A DNA stretch of 64,000 nt from an uncultured candidate division Zixibacteria bacterium (GCA_963806185.1 CAWDXE010000007.1:576001-640000); one strand, 5' to 3'. Positions 9,991 through 19,842 are shown, counted from the first letter of the stretch. Numbers and translations are program-made. Notes: a model not told the origin generated them from the letters alone.

Positions 9991-10743
9991 TTAGTGGCCA
10001 CTCACCTGCGTGGCGTTGGTTTCCGGAGCCGCGGCCTGTCCGGGCACGCGCAGTGCACGCTTGATGGGCACGGTAAACCGGTTGTGGGCTTCGTCATTTA
10101 CTTCAAAGGTAAACGATTTCTCGAACTCCTTTTCGACCGCTCCTTTGGTGAGGGCGATCGTAGCTTCCGCCGAACCGCCCGCTGCGACGCTCTTGGGGAG
10201 AGTGATGTTGACCAAGTCGGACGGAGCAGAAATAAGCGTCAAGTCCAACGGCTTATCGGACATGTTATTTATACGGAACTCCATCTTATCCCGGACCTTC
10301 TCGCCGAATTGCGACAGGTCGAGCTTGTAGGGCTTGATGGTGATTGGGAAGAGGGAGTCGGGCTTAATAACAACGTTGCAGGTGAACTCGACAAATTTCT
10401 CCGGATCGCCCTCGTTGGTCTCAATTTTCGGACGTTTGATGACGTGGCCGATGTAGCTGCCGGAACCGAAAATGATCTCCAGTTTTGCGCTGTCGCCCAC
10501 GGCGAGCGCATCCTTGTCCAGCGGCGTCTTGGTGCAGCCGCAACCGGGGGTCACTTTGACGATGTGAAGGGTGTCCTCGCCGGTTGACTTGAGCCAAAAG
10601 GCATGGGTAATCTGCGAGTTTTGCGGCACATACCCGAAGTTGAAGGTTGATTCCGAAATGTTCATGCGGGGCACGGCCATAGCTGAGCCGTTGATCAGAA
10701 AGGCGCAGGCTGTGGCGGCGATAGTGTGACGAAAGTTGATCAT
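9991..10743 (-). CDS. DUF1573 Ig-like exported protein (CGC motif), paralog 3
   Basis: Signal peptide, FNFGYV...HAFWLKSTG..TL.I.KVTPGCGCT, second Ig-like domain. Confidence 0.88.
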   Translation of the reverse strand: MINFRHTIAATACAFLINGSAMAVPRMNISESTFNFGYVPQNSQITHAFWLKSTGEDTLHIVKVTPGCGCTKTPLDKDALAVGDSAKLEIIFGSGSYIGHVIKRPKIETNEGDPEKFVEFTCNVVIKPDSLFPITIKPYKLDLSQFGEKVRDKMEFRINNMSDKPLDLTLISAPSDLVNITLPKSVAAGGSAEATIALTKGAVEKEFEKSFTFEVNDEAHNRFTVPIKRALRVPGQAAAPETNATQVSGH

Positions 10744-10834
10744 CTCATTCTCCTCTTCTTGCTTGATTCGTGTAACAATCTATTATAGTTCTATTCTCGC
10801 TACTCGTTCCGGCTTCATCGTCCGCGGCGGACCC

Positions 10835-10868
10835 AAAAAAAAGAGCCGCTCGAAGCATCGAGCGGCTC
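10835..10868 (-). terminator. Intrinsic terminator after DUF1573 paralog 2
   Basis: GAGCCGCTCGA-TGCT-TCGAGCGGCTC followed by T8 on the minus strand. Confidence 0.9.
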
Positions 10869-10894
10869 AGGAATAACTTCCCTCAATTCAGCGC

Positions 10895-11698
10895 TTAGTG
10901 GCTGCCAGTCTGCGGTGTCGCCTGGTTGGCGGTCGGAGCGGCCGGTTCGCCCGGCTGGCCCGGAATCCGCAGGGCCCGTTTAATCGGGACGGAGAAGCGG
11001 GTGTGGGCTTCGTCCGAGAGTTCGAACGTGAAGATTTCCTCGAACTCCTTGGTCAGCGCTGCTTTCGTCAGTTTGATCGTCCCTTCAGCCGTCTGGCCGG
11101 CTGCGATGCTCTTGGGAAGAGTCACCGTCGCCAGTTCGTTCGGCAGGCAGACCATCGAGAGGTCGACCGGTTTGTCGGAGACGTTGACGATCATGAATTT
11201 CATCTGATCGCGCACTTTCTCTCCGAACTGCGAGAGATCGAGCTTGTAGGGGCGAATTCGCACCGGGTAGGTGGAATCCGGCTTCAGCGTGATGTTACAT
11301 CTGATCTCTACGAACTTGTCCGGCGGCCCTTCGTTGGACTCGATTTTGGGACGCTTACTGACGTTGCCTTGGTAATGCTTCGTGTCAAAAATGATCTTCA
11401 GCCGAGTGCTGTCACCGACAGCAAGTACCTCTCGTTCGAGAGGCGCCTTGGTGCATCCTCAGCCAGGGGTCACTTTGATGATGCGCAGGCTATCATCGCC
11501 CGTGGAATACAACCAGAAGTCGTGCACGATCGAGGCGTTCTGCGGAACGAAACCAAAGTCAAAAGTGCTTTCTTTGATCTCGAGCCGCGGAGCCGCCAGT
11601 GCCGCACCGGCTATCAGGAGCATGCCAATCGTCGCACCAATCAGGTGGCGTCGTGCTTTCATCACCGTTGATGTCCTCGCTATTTCAAGTGCTTTCAT
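10895..11698 (-). CDS. DUF1573 exported protein, paralog 2; probable selenoprotein (in-frame TGA at 11461-11459, motif TPG-U-GC)
   Basis: ORFs 11459..11698 and 10895..11263 share one frame. Reading through the single TGA gives IKVTPG*GCTKAPLEREVLAVGDSTRLKIIF..., colinear with paralog 3 (VKVTPGCGCTKTPLDKDALAVGDSAKLEIIF). Alternative start at 11662. Confidence 0.85.
11421..11458 (-). promoter_or_regulatory. Candidate bacterial SECIS element
   Basis: UGA-GGAUGCACCAAGGCG-CCUCUC-GAAC-GAGAGG-UACUUGC. A 6-bp stem plus G.U pair and an AAG/CUU lower stem, with a G-first 4-nt loop 21 nt after UGA. Confidence 0.75.
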
Positions 11699-12441
11699 TA
11701 TTGTTGTCCGGTCATTGTGGTGGCGGCGTTCAGTACCGCCCCCTGGCGAACGGGAACAGTTATACGATAACTTTTCTTGCTCGCCGCTTCAAACGCTTCC
11801 AGAGTAATCGAACGTTCAAATCTTGTCGTGTCGTCAGGCTGGACCAGCCCTATCTGCGCTGTCACCACACCGCCCGGAGCGAGCTTTTCCGGTACGACTA
11901 CCTTCATTTTGTCGGCGGGCACCGAGACGACCTTCAGCCCGAGCTCCCGTCCGGAGAGATTGGACACCCGTATTCCGGCCGATTCCTTGCGAGCGGCTTT
12001 TGCGGTCGGAAACTCGACGGATGACGGACTGACCGATAAAAACGGGTTGGGTGACGGTGATGCAGTCACAACATTCAACCGAACCGGTTCCGGGCTGCCT
12101 TCAAAGAACACATATGCTGTCTGCGAAGTATCCGAGTCTGACTTGGAATTCCAAAGCAGAGTTACGCCGAGGGAATCGCCAGGCTGGGCGAGATCCCCAT
12201 TGCGATCCGCGCGAACGCAGCCGCAACCGGTCTTAACATCCCTAAGGCGGATCGTGTCGGCTGGGCCGGATCGGATCCAGAAAGTATGAGAGACGGTACC
12301 GGACGTGGAAATCATACCAAAATCAAACCGAGTAACTTCAAGAATCCCTTGTGATTGGGCTAATCCGACGGATCCGGTCAGGGAGATGCCCGCGACCAAG
12401 ATCAACCGAAGCCAACTTGTTATATTATAGCGGACATTCAC
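11698..12441 (-). CDS. DUF1573 exported protein (CGC motif), paralog 1, divergent
   Basis: Signal peptide, FDFGMI...SHTFWI...DVKTGCGC. TAATG overlap with paralog 2. Confidence 0.82.
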   Translation of the reverse strand: MNVRYNITSWLRLILVAGISLTGSVGLAQSQGILEVTRFDFGMISTSGTVSHTFWIRSGPADTIRLRDVKTGCGCVRADRNGDLAQPGDSLGVTLLWNSKSDSDTSQTAYVFFEGSPEPVRLNVVTASPSPNPFLSVSPSSVEFPTAKAARKESAGIRVSNLSGRELGLKVVSVPADKMKVVVPEKLAPGGVVTAQIGLVQPDDTTRFERSITLEAFEAASKKSYRITVPVRQGAVLNAATTMTGQQ

Positions 12442-12557
12442 CTATTTCGTTCCATACCAAATCGTTAGTAAGGTAGCCGGAATTTGCCAAAGCGTCAAGA
12501 CATTTCAAGTTTTGTACTTGTTCTGGGTCCATTTTGCACTCAATTTGGACACGGGAA

Positions 12558-13505
12558 ATGGACGATACGACAAATATAGTGACTGCAATTATAGACATCA
12601 GAGAATTAGTCAAGATTTACCCCGGCGGACGTCGGGGTAATATTGTGGCCGTCAACGGCGTCAGCATGACGATTCGACCGGGCGAGATAATCGGGTTGGT
12701 TGGTCCCAACGGAGCGGGCAAAACGACACTCGTCAAAGCGGTACTGGGACTGGTCCGAATCGACAAGGGAGAAGTCTACCTCAACGGATTGCCACCGGCC
12801 AATCCTGAGTCGCGCGAGAAGGTGGGGTATTTGGCGGAGAATCATCGATATCCTTCCCATCTTACCGGCAACAATCTGCTTCGCCTGACGGGGGAGATGC
12901 TAGGGATGTCGGCGAGCAGCATCCGAGAGCGGACGGAAGCACTGTTGCTCCTGGTCGGGATGAGCAAGTGGGGGGAGACTAAAGTCTCGAAGTATTCCAA
13001 AGGAATGGGGCAGCGCATTGGACTGGCCCAGGCGTTGATGGGAGATCCTGATTTATTGCTGTTGGATGAGCCGACCGACGGCATCGACCCCGTAGGAAAG
13101 ATAGAAATCCGCGAGGTGCTCAAGCAGTTGCGCCAACAGGGGAAGACCATTCTGCTCAATTCGCACCTCTTGTCCGAAGTGGAAGCGATAGCCGACCGGG
13201 TAGCGATGCTATCGCAGGGGAAATTAGTGAGGATCGCCACGATGGATGAACTAACCGTTAAGGGCATGCAGTTCGAAATCGTAGCGGACCTCGGCAACGA
13301 GATACTGGAGATTCCACCGGAGATCGGGAAGGTCATCACCATTGCCGCCAAGGGGATGATTGTAGAGCTGAAGAACGAGAGCGACATCAACGGGATTATC
13401 GATATCCTGCGCACGGCGAGAATTACCATTCATTCCATCGCGCCGCGGAAAATGACCTTGGAGCAATCCTTTATTGAGACGATAGCGAAGGCGGAGCAAA
13501 ACTGA
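12558..13505 (+). CDS. ABC transporter ATP-binding protein (ABC-2 type)
   Basis: Walker A GPNGAGKT, YSKGM signature, LLLDEPT, H-loop. Confidence 0.93.
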   Translation: MDDTTNIVTAIIDIRELVKIYPGGRRGNIVAVNGVSMTIRPGEIIGLVGPNGAGKTTLVKAVLGLVRIDKGEVYLNGLPPANPESREKVGYLAENHRYPSHLTGNNLLRLTGEMLGMSASSIRERTEALLLLVGMSKWGETKVSKYSKGMGQRIGLAQALMGDPDLLLLDEPTDGIDPVGKIEIREVLKQLRQQGKTILLNSHLLSEVEAIADRVAMLSQGKLVRIATMDELTVKGMQFEIVADLGNEILEIPPEIGKVITIAAKGMIVELKNESDINGIIDILRTARITIHSIAPRKMTLEQSFIETIAKAEQN

Positions 13506-14299
13506 TGCGCGGCTTTGTGCGAGACACGTTCAATGAGGCGCTGGACCGGAAATTCGTCCTGATTTTCGGTGTGGTGGCGCTTTTGGCGCTGCTGTTGGTG
13601 TTCATGTCACGGGGGATGAACTTCCAAATGCGGATATCGACCAGCGGCATGGAGTCGCCGACGGGGATCCCCACGCCAACTGAGCTGTACGGTTTTGCGT
13701 TTAGCGGTTACATGTCGGGTCTGGTATTGATCGGCCTATTGTGCGCCGGTGGCATCATTCCGCACATGTTCTCACGCGGGATAGCCGAGTTCTACCTGTC
13801 CAAGCCGATGTCCCGATCGAACATCCTTTGGAATCGATTTGTCGGTCTGGTGGTGATACATTCCGGGCTGATAGCCGTGGCCGGACTTATACCGTTGCTG
13901 GCCGGATTTCTGGTACAACAGACCTTTGACGGATCGCTTCTTTTCATCCTGGTGATCGAGTTGATTTCATTTCTCATCTGGCTGTGCATTGCCGCCGCGG
14001 CCGGCGTATGGTTTGGGTCGACTGCCAAGGTTTTCATGACTATTGCCGCCATCTGGGCTATGGCGGCCGTGCTGGCCTCACGTGAGCAGCTCAAGATGTT
14101 CTTCACCTCGACGTTTATGGCCAACCTGCTTGATGTACTCTACTACATCGTGCCCAAGAACAACGCCTTTACGTCGATCTCCCGGAATCTCGTTTCCGGT
14201 CAACCGATCGAAAGCTGGCTGCCCGTGTGGAGTTCCTTGCTTTTTGCGGTTGCCATGTTATTTTTGGCCCAATGGCGACTGAACCGACGGGAATTCTAG
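13505..14299 (+). CDS. ABC-2 type transporter permease
   Basis: About six TM helices, YLSKPMSR motif, translationally coupled to the ATPase. Confidence 0.85.
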   Translation: MRGFVRDTFNEALDRKFVLIFGVVALLALLLVFMSRGMNFQMRISTSGMESPTGIPTPTELYGFAFSGYMSGLVLIGLLCAGGIIPHMFSRGIAEFYLSKPMSRSNILWNRFVGLVVIHSGLIAVAGLIPLLAGFLVQQTFDGSLLFILVIELISFLIWLCIAAAAGVWFGSTAKVFMTIAAIWAMAAVLASREQLKMFFTSTFMANLLDVLYYIVPKNNAFTSISRNLVSGQPIESWLPVWSSLLFAVAMLFLAQWRLNRREF

Positions 14300-14333
14300 G
14301 GGATATCTCCAAAGAGTCAGAAAACGGGGAGCA

Positions 14334-14861
14334 ATGACAGATCAGCAATCCAACAGGCCGGTTTCCGAACTTCTCGAACCGCTGAAGATAGCCTTGGCGC
14401 TGGAGTGCGAGGGGCGGAAGTTCTTTACCGACACGGCCGCGCGGCTCAAGAACACGCTGGCCCGGCAGACCCTGGAATTTCTGGCCAAGGAAGAATCCAA
14501 GCATATTGAGCGAATTCAGGAGTTCTATAGTTCTATCGAACAGTCAGGCGGGCGGATTATCCCCAGAGTGGACCCTTCCGACGCCGACCGTCGGCTGGGG
14601 GAATTCAACGACCGGTTGGCCCTGCTCAAGGATACGCTGCCGCCGACAGCGACCGACGTGGAAGCGTATCGGATGGCGCTTAAGTTCGAGAATGGGGCAG
14701 AAGAGCTATACCAGAGACAGCTCGAGGAGTCGAGGGATCCCAATGTCCAGGCATTTTATCGGTGGCTTATCCATGAAGAGACAATGCATTCCAAGGTGCT
14801 CAACTCCTGTATCAAGTTTATCGAGGACCCGACCGGATGGTTCAGGGAGCGGGGGAAATAG
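14334..14861 (+). CDS. Ferritin-like/rubrerythrin family diiron protein
   Basis: Two E..G..F/Y...L..EExxH repeats (EESKH, EETMH). Confidence 0.85.
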   Translation: MTDQQSNRPVSELLEPLKIALALECEGRKFFTDTAARLKNTLARQTLEFLAKEESKHIERIQEFYSSIEQSGGRIIPRVDPSDADRRLGEFNDRLALLKDTLPPTATDVEAYRMALKFENGAEELYQRQLEESRDPNVQAFYRWLIHEETMHSKVLNSCIKFIEDPTGWFRERGK

Positions 14862-15002
14862 GGCGCTCGAACGGTCAATTTGAACGTGTTTCGGCGGTCG
14901 GTGTGACCGCCGATTTTGTTTAGGCTTCGCGCTTTACTCGCTGAAATCGCCGTTCTATATTTGACGCCATACAGCAAGATTAACGGATTAAGGAGAACTG
15001 CA

Positions 15003-16376
15003 ATGTCCCCACTGGAATATCTGGAACAGACCAAGGATCAGCGGATGAATGACCTGTTCGAGCTCATCCGTTTTCCCTCGGTGTCGGCCAAGTCGGAACA
15101 CAAGGGCGATATCAAAGCCTGCGCCGAGTGGATCAAGAATCACCTGAACAACATCGGTTTCACGGCGTCGCTTGAAGGGACGCAGGGGAACCCGGTCGTG
15201 TATGCCGAGCACCAGACAGCCGGCCCAGCCGCCCCGACAGTGCTGTATTACGGTCACTATGACGTTCAGCCGCCGGAGCCGCTCAATCTCTGGACCACGC
15301 CACCGTTTGAGCCGCAGATCCGCGATGGGTACATTTGGGCGCGCGGCGCCTGCGACGACAAGGGGCAGACCTTCTCGCATATCAAGGGGTTGGAAGCGGT
15401 GATCAAAGCAACGGGTAAGCTGCCGGTCAACGTGAAATTTCTTATTGAAGGCGAAGAAGAGTGTCATTCGGTGAACCTGCCTGAGTTTATCAAGAACAAC
15501 AAGGAACGGCTCAAAGCGGATATCGCCGTGGTGTCCGATACCGCGATGTTCAACAAGGAGCTGCCGGCGGTGACGTTCGGTTTGCGCGGATTGGCCGCGT
15601 GCGAGGTATTTGTTTACGGTCCGGATCGGGACCTGCATTCCGGCACATTTGGCGGCGCGATTGCAAATCCGGTGAACGTATTATGTTGGATGGTCGGCCA
15701 GTTGCATGACCCGAAGACCGGAAAGATCAAGATTCCGGGTTTCTACGACAAGGTGAAGATGATGTCGAAGTGGGAGCGGACGCAGTTCAAGAAACTGCCG
15801 TACAGCGACGCCAAGTACAAGAAGACCACCGGCGTTCCGGCGCTTCACGGAGAAAAAGGGTTCACTACCTACGAGCGGAGCTGGTGTCGGCCGACCTGTG
15901 ATGTCAACGGCATTACCGGCGGGTATCAGGGTGAGGGAGCCAAGACCATCATCCCGGCGATGGCGTCGTGCAAGATCACGATGCGTCTGGTGCCGGATAT
16001 GGACCCGATGGATATCTGCAATAAGATCGAGAAGTATCTCAAGAAGATCGCACCGAAGTCGGTGAAGGTGAAAGTCGACAAGGGTGGCGGAGCGAGAGCG
16101 GTGGTCGTCCCGACCGACGGGCCGTGGCTGGAAGCGGCCGGCAAGGCGATCAAAACCGGATTCGGCAAGACGCCGGTGTACATGAAAGAGGGCGGATCGA
16201 TTCCGATTGTCGGCGATTTCAAAAAGATGCTGGGTGTCGATACACTTCTGCTCGGATGGGGACAAAACGACGACAATATCCATTCGCCCAACGAACGGTT
16301 CCGGGTGATCGATTTCGAGCGCGGCTGTCGTACGGCGGCGTTGCTTCCGGAGGAATTGGCGAAAGTGAAACGGTAA
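15003..16376 (+). CDS. M20 family dipeptidase
   Basis: YGHYDVQP, ARGACDDKG, EGEEE, DLHSG, HSPNE. AGGAG RBS before ATG 15003. Confidence 0.93.
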   Translation: MSPLEYLEQTKDQRMNDLFELIRFPSVSAKSEHKGDIKACAEWIKNHLNNIGFTASLEGTQGNPVVYAEHQTAGPAAPTVLYYGHYDVQPPEPLNLWTTPPFEPQIRDGYIWARGACDDKGQTFSHIKGLEAVIKATGKLPVNVKFLIEGEEECHSVNLPEFIKNNKERLKADIAVVSDTAMFNKELPAVTFGLRGLAACEVFVYGPDRDLHSGTFGGAIANPVNVLCWMVGQLHDPKTGKIKIPGFYDKVKMMSKWERTQFKKLPYSDAKYKKTTGVPALHGEKGFTTYERSWCRPTCDVNGITGGYQGEGAKTIIPAMASCKITMRLVPDMDPMDICNKIEKYLKKIAPKSVKVKVDKGGGARAVVVPTDGPWLEAAGKAIKTGFGKTPVYMKEGGSIPIVGDFKKMLGVDTLLLGWGQNDDNIHSPNERFRVIDFERGCRTAALLPEELAKVKR

Positions 16377-17155
16377 TGGAGCTGGGCATTCGCGGAAAGC
16401 GGGCATTAGTCACCGGGGCATCGGGCGGACTCGGGCAAGCCGCCGCCATTGCCCTGGCGCATGAGGGGGTTGAGGTCATCATCAACTCCCGAAGCCAGGA
16501 GCGGCTGGCGGAGTCGGCGACGCAGATTGCCAAGGCGACCGGCCAGCGGCCGAAGTACTTCGCCGCCGACATCTCCAATCGCGATCAGGTGGCGAAACTT
16601 CTGCAACAGGCGGGGCCGATCGATATCCTGGTGTCAAATACCGGCGGTCCGCCGCCGGGCAGGCCGATGGAACTCGATGCGGAGAAGTGGGAACATGCCG
16701 GAAAACTCATCCTTGAGTCGGCCATCGTGCTCACTCATGGCGTGTTGCCGCACATGATCGAACGGAAGTGGGGGCGCCTGATCTACATAACGTCGATCTC
16801 CGCACTTCAGCCAATTGACGATTTGACGCTCTCGAATGTATACCGGTCCGGCGTGGCGGCGTTTTCGAAAACGATTTCAAACAACCATGCGCAGGACGGT
16901 ATAACGGCCAACTGTGTTTGCCCCGGGTATATTGGGACGGCACGGTTGCAGTCGCTGGCCGAGAAGCGGGCGCAGGCGGCGGGGAAGTCGGTCAAAGAGA
17001 TGTTCGACGAATTCGCGGCCGGGAATCCGATGAAGCGTATCGGCAAGCCGGAGGAATTGGCGGCGGCGATAGCGTTTTTGGCCAGCAACCAGGCGGCGTA
17101 TATCAGCGGGTCGGCCATTGCCGTTGACGGCGGCGCGCGAAAGGCGCTCTTCTAG
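16376..17155 (+). CDS. Short-chain dehydrogenase/reductase
   Basis: VTGASGGLG Rossmann motif, NTGGPP, VCPG. TAATG coupling to the upstream gene. Confidence 0.9.
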   Translation: MELGIRGKRALVTGASGGLGQAAAIALAHEGVEVIINSRSQERLAESATQIAKATGQRPKYFAADISNRDQVAKLLQQAGPIDILVSNTGGPPPGRPMELDAEKWEHAGKLILESAIVLTHGVLPHMIERKWGRLIYITSISALQPIDDLTLSNVYRSGVAAFSKTISNNHAQDGITANCVCPGYIGTARLQSLAEKRAQAAGKSVKEMFDEFAAGNPMKRIGKPEELAAAIAFLASNQAAYISGSAIAVDGGARKALF

Positions 17156-17167
17156 GAGCGAACCTTC

Positions 17168-18067
17168 GTGACGCAAGCCACTGAGCGTAACGGCAGCAAG
17201 AGCCTGTTAATGCACTTGCTGCCGTTCATTTTGATCCAGCAGACGCTGGGCGCGCTTTGTTTTCCCATCTCCAAGTATGGTCTTGCGATTATTGAGCCAT
17301 TCACATTTGCCTTCTATCGGTTTGTCATTTCGGGCGTCATACTGCTCGTGATCGCGAGATTCAAAGAGCACGGCCGGCCAATCGAACGAAACGACTGGTG
17401 GCGAATTTTTCTGCTTGGATTTCTGATTATTCCATTCAACCAGACCGGTTATCTCTGGGGGCAGTCTCTAACTGCGGCAGGGCACGGATCCATCCTCTTT
17501 GCCACTACGCCGATCTGGGTGTTCATTCTGGCGGTGATCCATCTTGGTGAGAAACTGCTTTGGCGGCGAATTGTCGGAATCGTCATCGCCCTGATTGGCG
17601 CCATGACGATCATGCTTACCGGCGCGATCAAGCTGGGAACTGAATATCTTTTTGGCGATTTGATCATTCTCGTCGCGGTCTGGGCTTGGGCCTACTATAC
17701 GATCTTAGGCAAACCGTTGATTGAGAAGTACGGCGCGATTCGAATCACCGCTTATGCGCTGGCGTCGGGGTCGCTCATGTACTTCCCGTTCGGAATAGTG
17801 CGGGCGGTGCAGTACAACTACTCGCAGGCGACCTGGGGCGCCTGGCTGACCGTGCTCTACATGGCAATCGGGGCGTCGGTCGGCTCGTATCTCATCTGGT
17901 CCTGGCTGCTCAAGCACATGGAAGCATCACGGCTGGCGGTATTCAGCAACATGCAGCCGGTGATAGCGACGGCGGTGGCGTGGGTGGCGCTCAATGAGCA
18001 GCCGACCACGGCGTTTTTCATCGGTTCGGCGGTTGTGTTGGCGGGGGTGTTGATTACGGAGGTGTAG
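17168..18067 (+). CDS. DMT/EamA family transporter
   Basis: Ten-TM duplicated EamA pattern. Confidence 0.9.
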   Translation: MTQATERNGSKSLLMHLLPFILIQQTLGALCFPISKYGLAIIEPFTFAFYRFVISGVILLVIARFKEHGRPIERNDWWRIFLLGFLIIPFNQTGYLWGQSLTAAGHGSILFATTPIWVFILAVIHLGEKLLWRRIVGIVIALIGAMTIMLTGAIKLGTEYLFGDLIILVAVWAWAYYTILGKPLIEKYGAIRITAYALASGSLMYFPFGIVRAVQYNYSQATWGAWLTVLYMAIGASVGSYLIWSWLLKHMEASRLAVFSNMQPVIATAVAWVALNEQPTTAFFIGSAVVLAGVLITEV

Positions 18068-18069
18068 TT

Positions 18070-18483
18070 CTAATTCCCGGGTAACCGGAATTCCACTGTG
18101 TACGATATCCAGGCTGCAACCGGGTGATGGTTGACGAGTGCCGGTCGGAAGTGATTGGCCAGGGCCGCATGCCAGGCTGAATAGGCAAACCCGGGGAAAT
18201 TGCCGGCGTCGAGGATCTCCACCTGCTTCACCACGCCATCGGTGCCAATCAACGTCCGGAGTCTCACTGCGCCCTCGATGGCCGCCTGTTGTGCGAGACG
18301 TGGGTATTCGGGCACCACGTAACGCTGAAAAACGGGGGGGCGGTCGACGTGCCCTTCCACCTCGATACTAGGATAGTGCACGACGCGGTCGTTACTGACG
18401 GCACTGCCGGTAGTCGACGAATCGCCGCATGCGGTGAGGCAGGCGATGGCGAACACGATGACAAAGAAGAAACCAATCTTCAT
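18070..18483 (-). CDS. Stand-alone TonB C-terminal-domain lipoprotein
   Basis: LTAC lipobox, PEYP..A..A.IEG.V...IG.DG.V, F.PA....PV...V.F. Confidence 0.75.
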   Translation of the reverse strand: MKIGFFFVIVFAIACLTACGDSSTTGSAVSNDRVVHYPSIEVEGHVDRPPVFQRYVVPEYPRLAQQAAIEGAVRLRTLIGTDGVVKQVEILDAGNFPGFAYSAWHAALANHFRPALVNHHPVAAWISYTVEFRLPGN

Positions 18484-18585
18484 CGACAACTCTCTTACCA
18501 CCCGATTGTATGACGTGTCTAACGATATCCATGATTCACGCGGGTGTCAAGAGGCAAATTCGCGTTATCAAGCTTGATGGAGAGC

Positions 18586-18864
18586 CTATCGTTCTTCTGA
18601 CGTAGTCGGGTCGATGACGGCACGGACGGCCGAAACGGAGTTGGCGGGGAAACCGCCGCGCCGGGCATGTTCGCGAATGATCTCCGCGTTGGGCGCGATA
18701 TACACACAGTATATTTTGTTATCGGTCACATAGCTTTCGACCCATTGGATTTCGGTACCCAGGGCCTCAAGCACGCTGCAGGATTTCTGGGCGATCTTAT
18801 GAAGATCTTCACTGGAGGCATTCCCGATGGCGGGGATCTCGCGCTCGATGACAAACTTCGGCAC
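18586..18864 (-). CDS. DUF4242 (SCO4226-like) protein
   Basis: PKFVIER...IQWVESYV..KIYCVY.AP..E.IREHA..GGFPA. GGAG RBS before a GTG start. Confidence 0.88.
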   Translation of the reverse strand: MPKFVIEREIPAIGNASSEDLHKIAQKSCSVLEALGTEIQWVESYVTDNKIYCVYIAPNAEIIREHARRGGFPANSVSAVRAVIDPTTSEER

Positions 18865-19028
18865 TTAAGTACTCCTCCCCGAAGGGGGCGTTAGACGTTT
18901 GGCCCGATCGGGGCCTCGTTCAATCGGCGACTTAATGAATCTACCTTGTAACTCTTCTGGGGTCAGGGAAGTTCCCACCAAACACGCTGGTTGACAATGG
19001 GCGTACTTTGTCTCACATTCGGGCTACT

Positions 19029-19784
19029 ATGGCACCAACAGACCAACCGGAGAAGGAAATCGTCGGCGGCTTGATGCCGTTTCTCGAACATCTCGAGGAA
19101 TTGCGCAAGCGAGTAATTCGTTCGGCGCTGGCAGTGGTTGTCTTTGCGATTATTGCTTTCTATTTTTCCGATTATCTGATCGCTTTTCTGATCGCTCCGC
19201 TTGGCGGTATTAAACTGCACGTCACCGAGGTCACCGGGTCTTTCAGCGCTTATATGCGAGTCTCGATTATCGCGGGCATCCTGTTCGCCCTGCCGGTGAT
19301 TTTCCATCAGCTCTGGGGGTTTGTCTCGCCGGGGCTGTACAAGAAAGAACGATCCAAGGTTGTGCCGCTGGTGCTTATCTCCACCGTGCTCTTTCTTGTT
19401 GGCTGTGCTTTCTGCTACTACCTGGTATTGCCGTTTGCGCTCAAATTCCTTATTGAGTTTTCAGGTGGGCAGTTCAGCCCGATTATTACGGTCGGCTCGT
19501 ACATCTCTTTTTCCGGCATGCTCCTGCTGGCATTTGGACTGGGGTTTGAAATTCCGGTCGCCGCCTATCTGCTCGGCAAGATGGGAGTGATCACCGCTGG
19601 TTTCCTGAGCCGGGGGAGACGGATAGCGATTGTGGTAATTTTGATAGTCGCCGCAGTTCTGACGCCGACACCGGACGTCTTCACGCAATTGCTCCTGGCC
19701 ATACCGCTTTATATCCTCTACGAAGTGTCCATTTTGATTGTCTGGCTCACCCAGCGGAAGCCAAAAGTGGACACCGAAAGCTAA
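19029..19784 (+). CDS. tatC: Twin-arginine translocase subunit TatC
   Basis: MPFLEHLEELRKR, WGFVSPGLY..E, FEIP, LTPTPD, LYEVSI. Confidence 0.95.
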   Translation: MAPTDQPEKEIVGGLMPFLEHLEELRKRVIRSALAVVVFAIIAFYFSDYLIAFLIAPLGGIKLHVTEVTGSFSAYMRVSIIAGILFALPVIFHQLWGFVSPGLYKKERSKVVPLVLISTVLFLVGCAFCYYLVLPFALKFLIEFSGGQFSPIITVGSYISFSGMLLLAFGLGFEIPVAAYLLGKMGVITAGFLSRGRRIAIVVILIVAAVLTPTPDVFTQLLLAIPLYILYEVSILIVWLTQRKPKVDTES

Positions 19785-19842
19785 TTCGTTACGTTTTATT
19801 AGCTTATCCGGGACAGTTCAAGGGCTGGAGACAGAATCCTGA

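Noticed and set aside
11459..11461. Genome-wide TGA reassignment (code 4/25) as the explanation of the in-frame TGA
   Set aside because: Many intact genes here end in TGA at the expected positions (e.g. 2480, 13505, 35307, 36173), so any recoding must be site-specific.
9829..11671. Long + strand ORFs 9829..10587 and 10898..11671, and similar antisense ORFs across the window
   Set aside because: These are shadows of real opposite-strand genes in GC-rich DNA, with no recognisable motifs.
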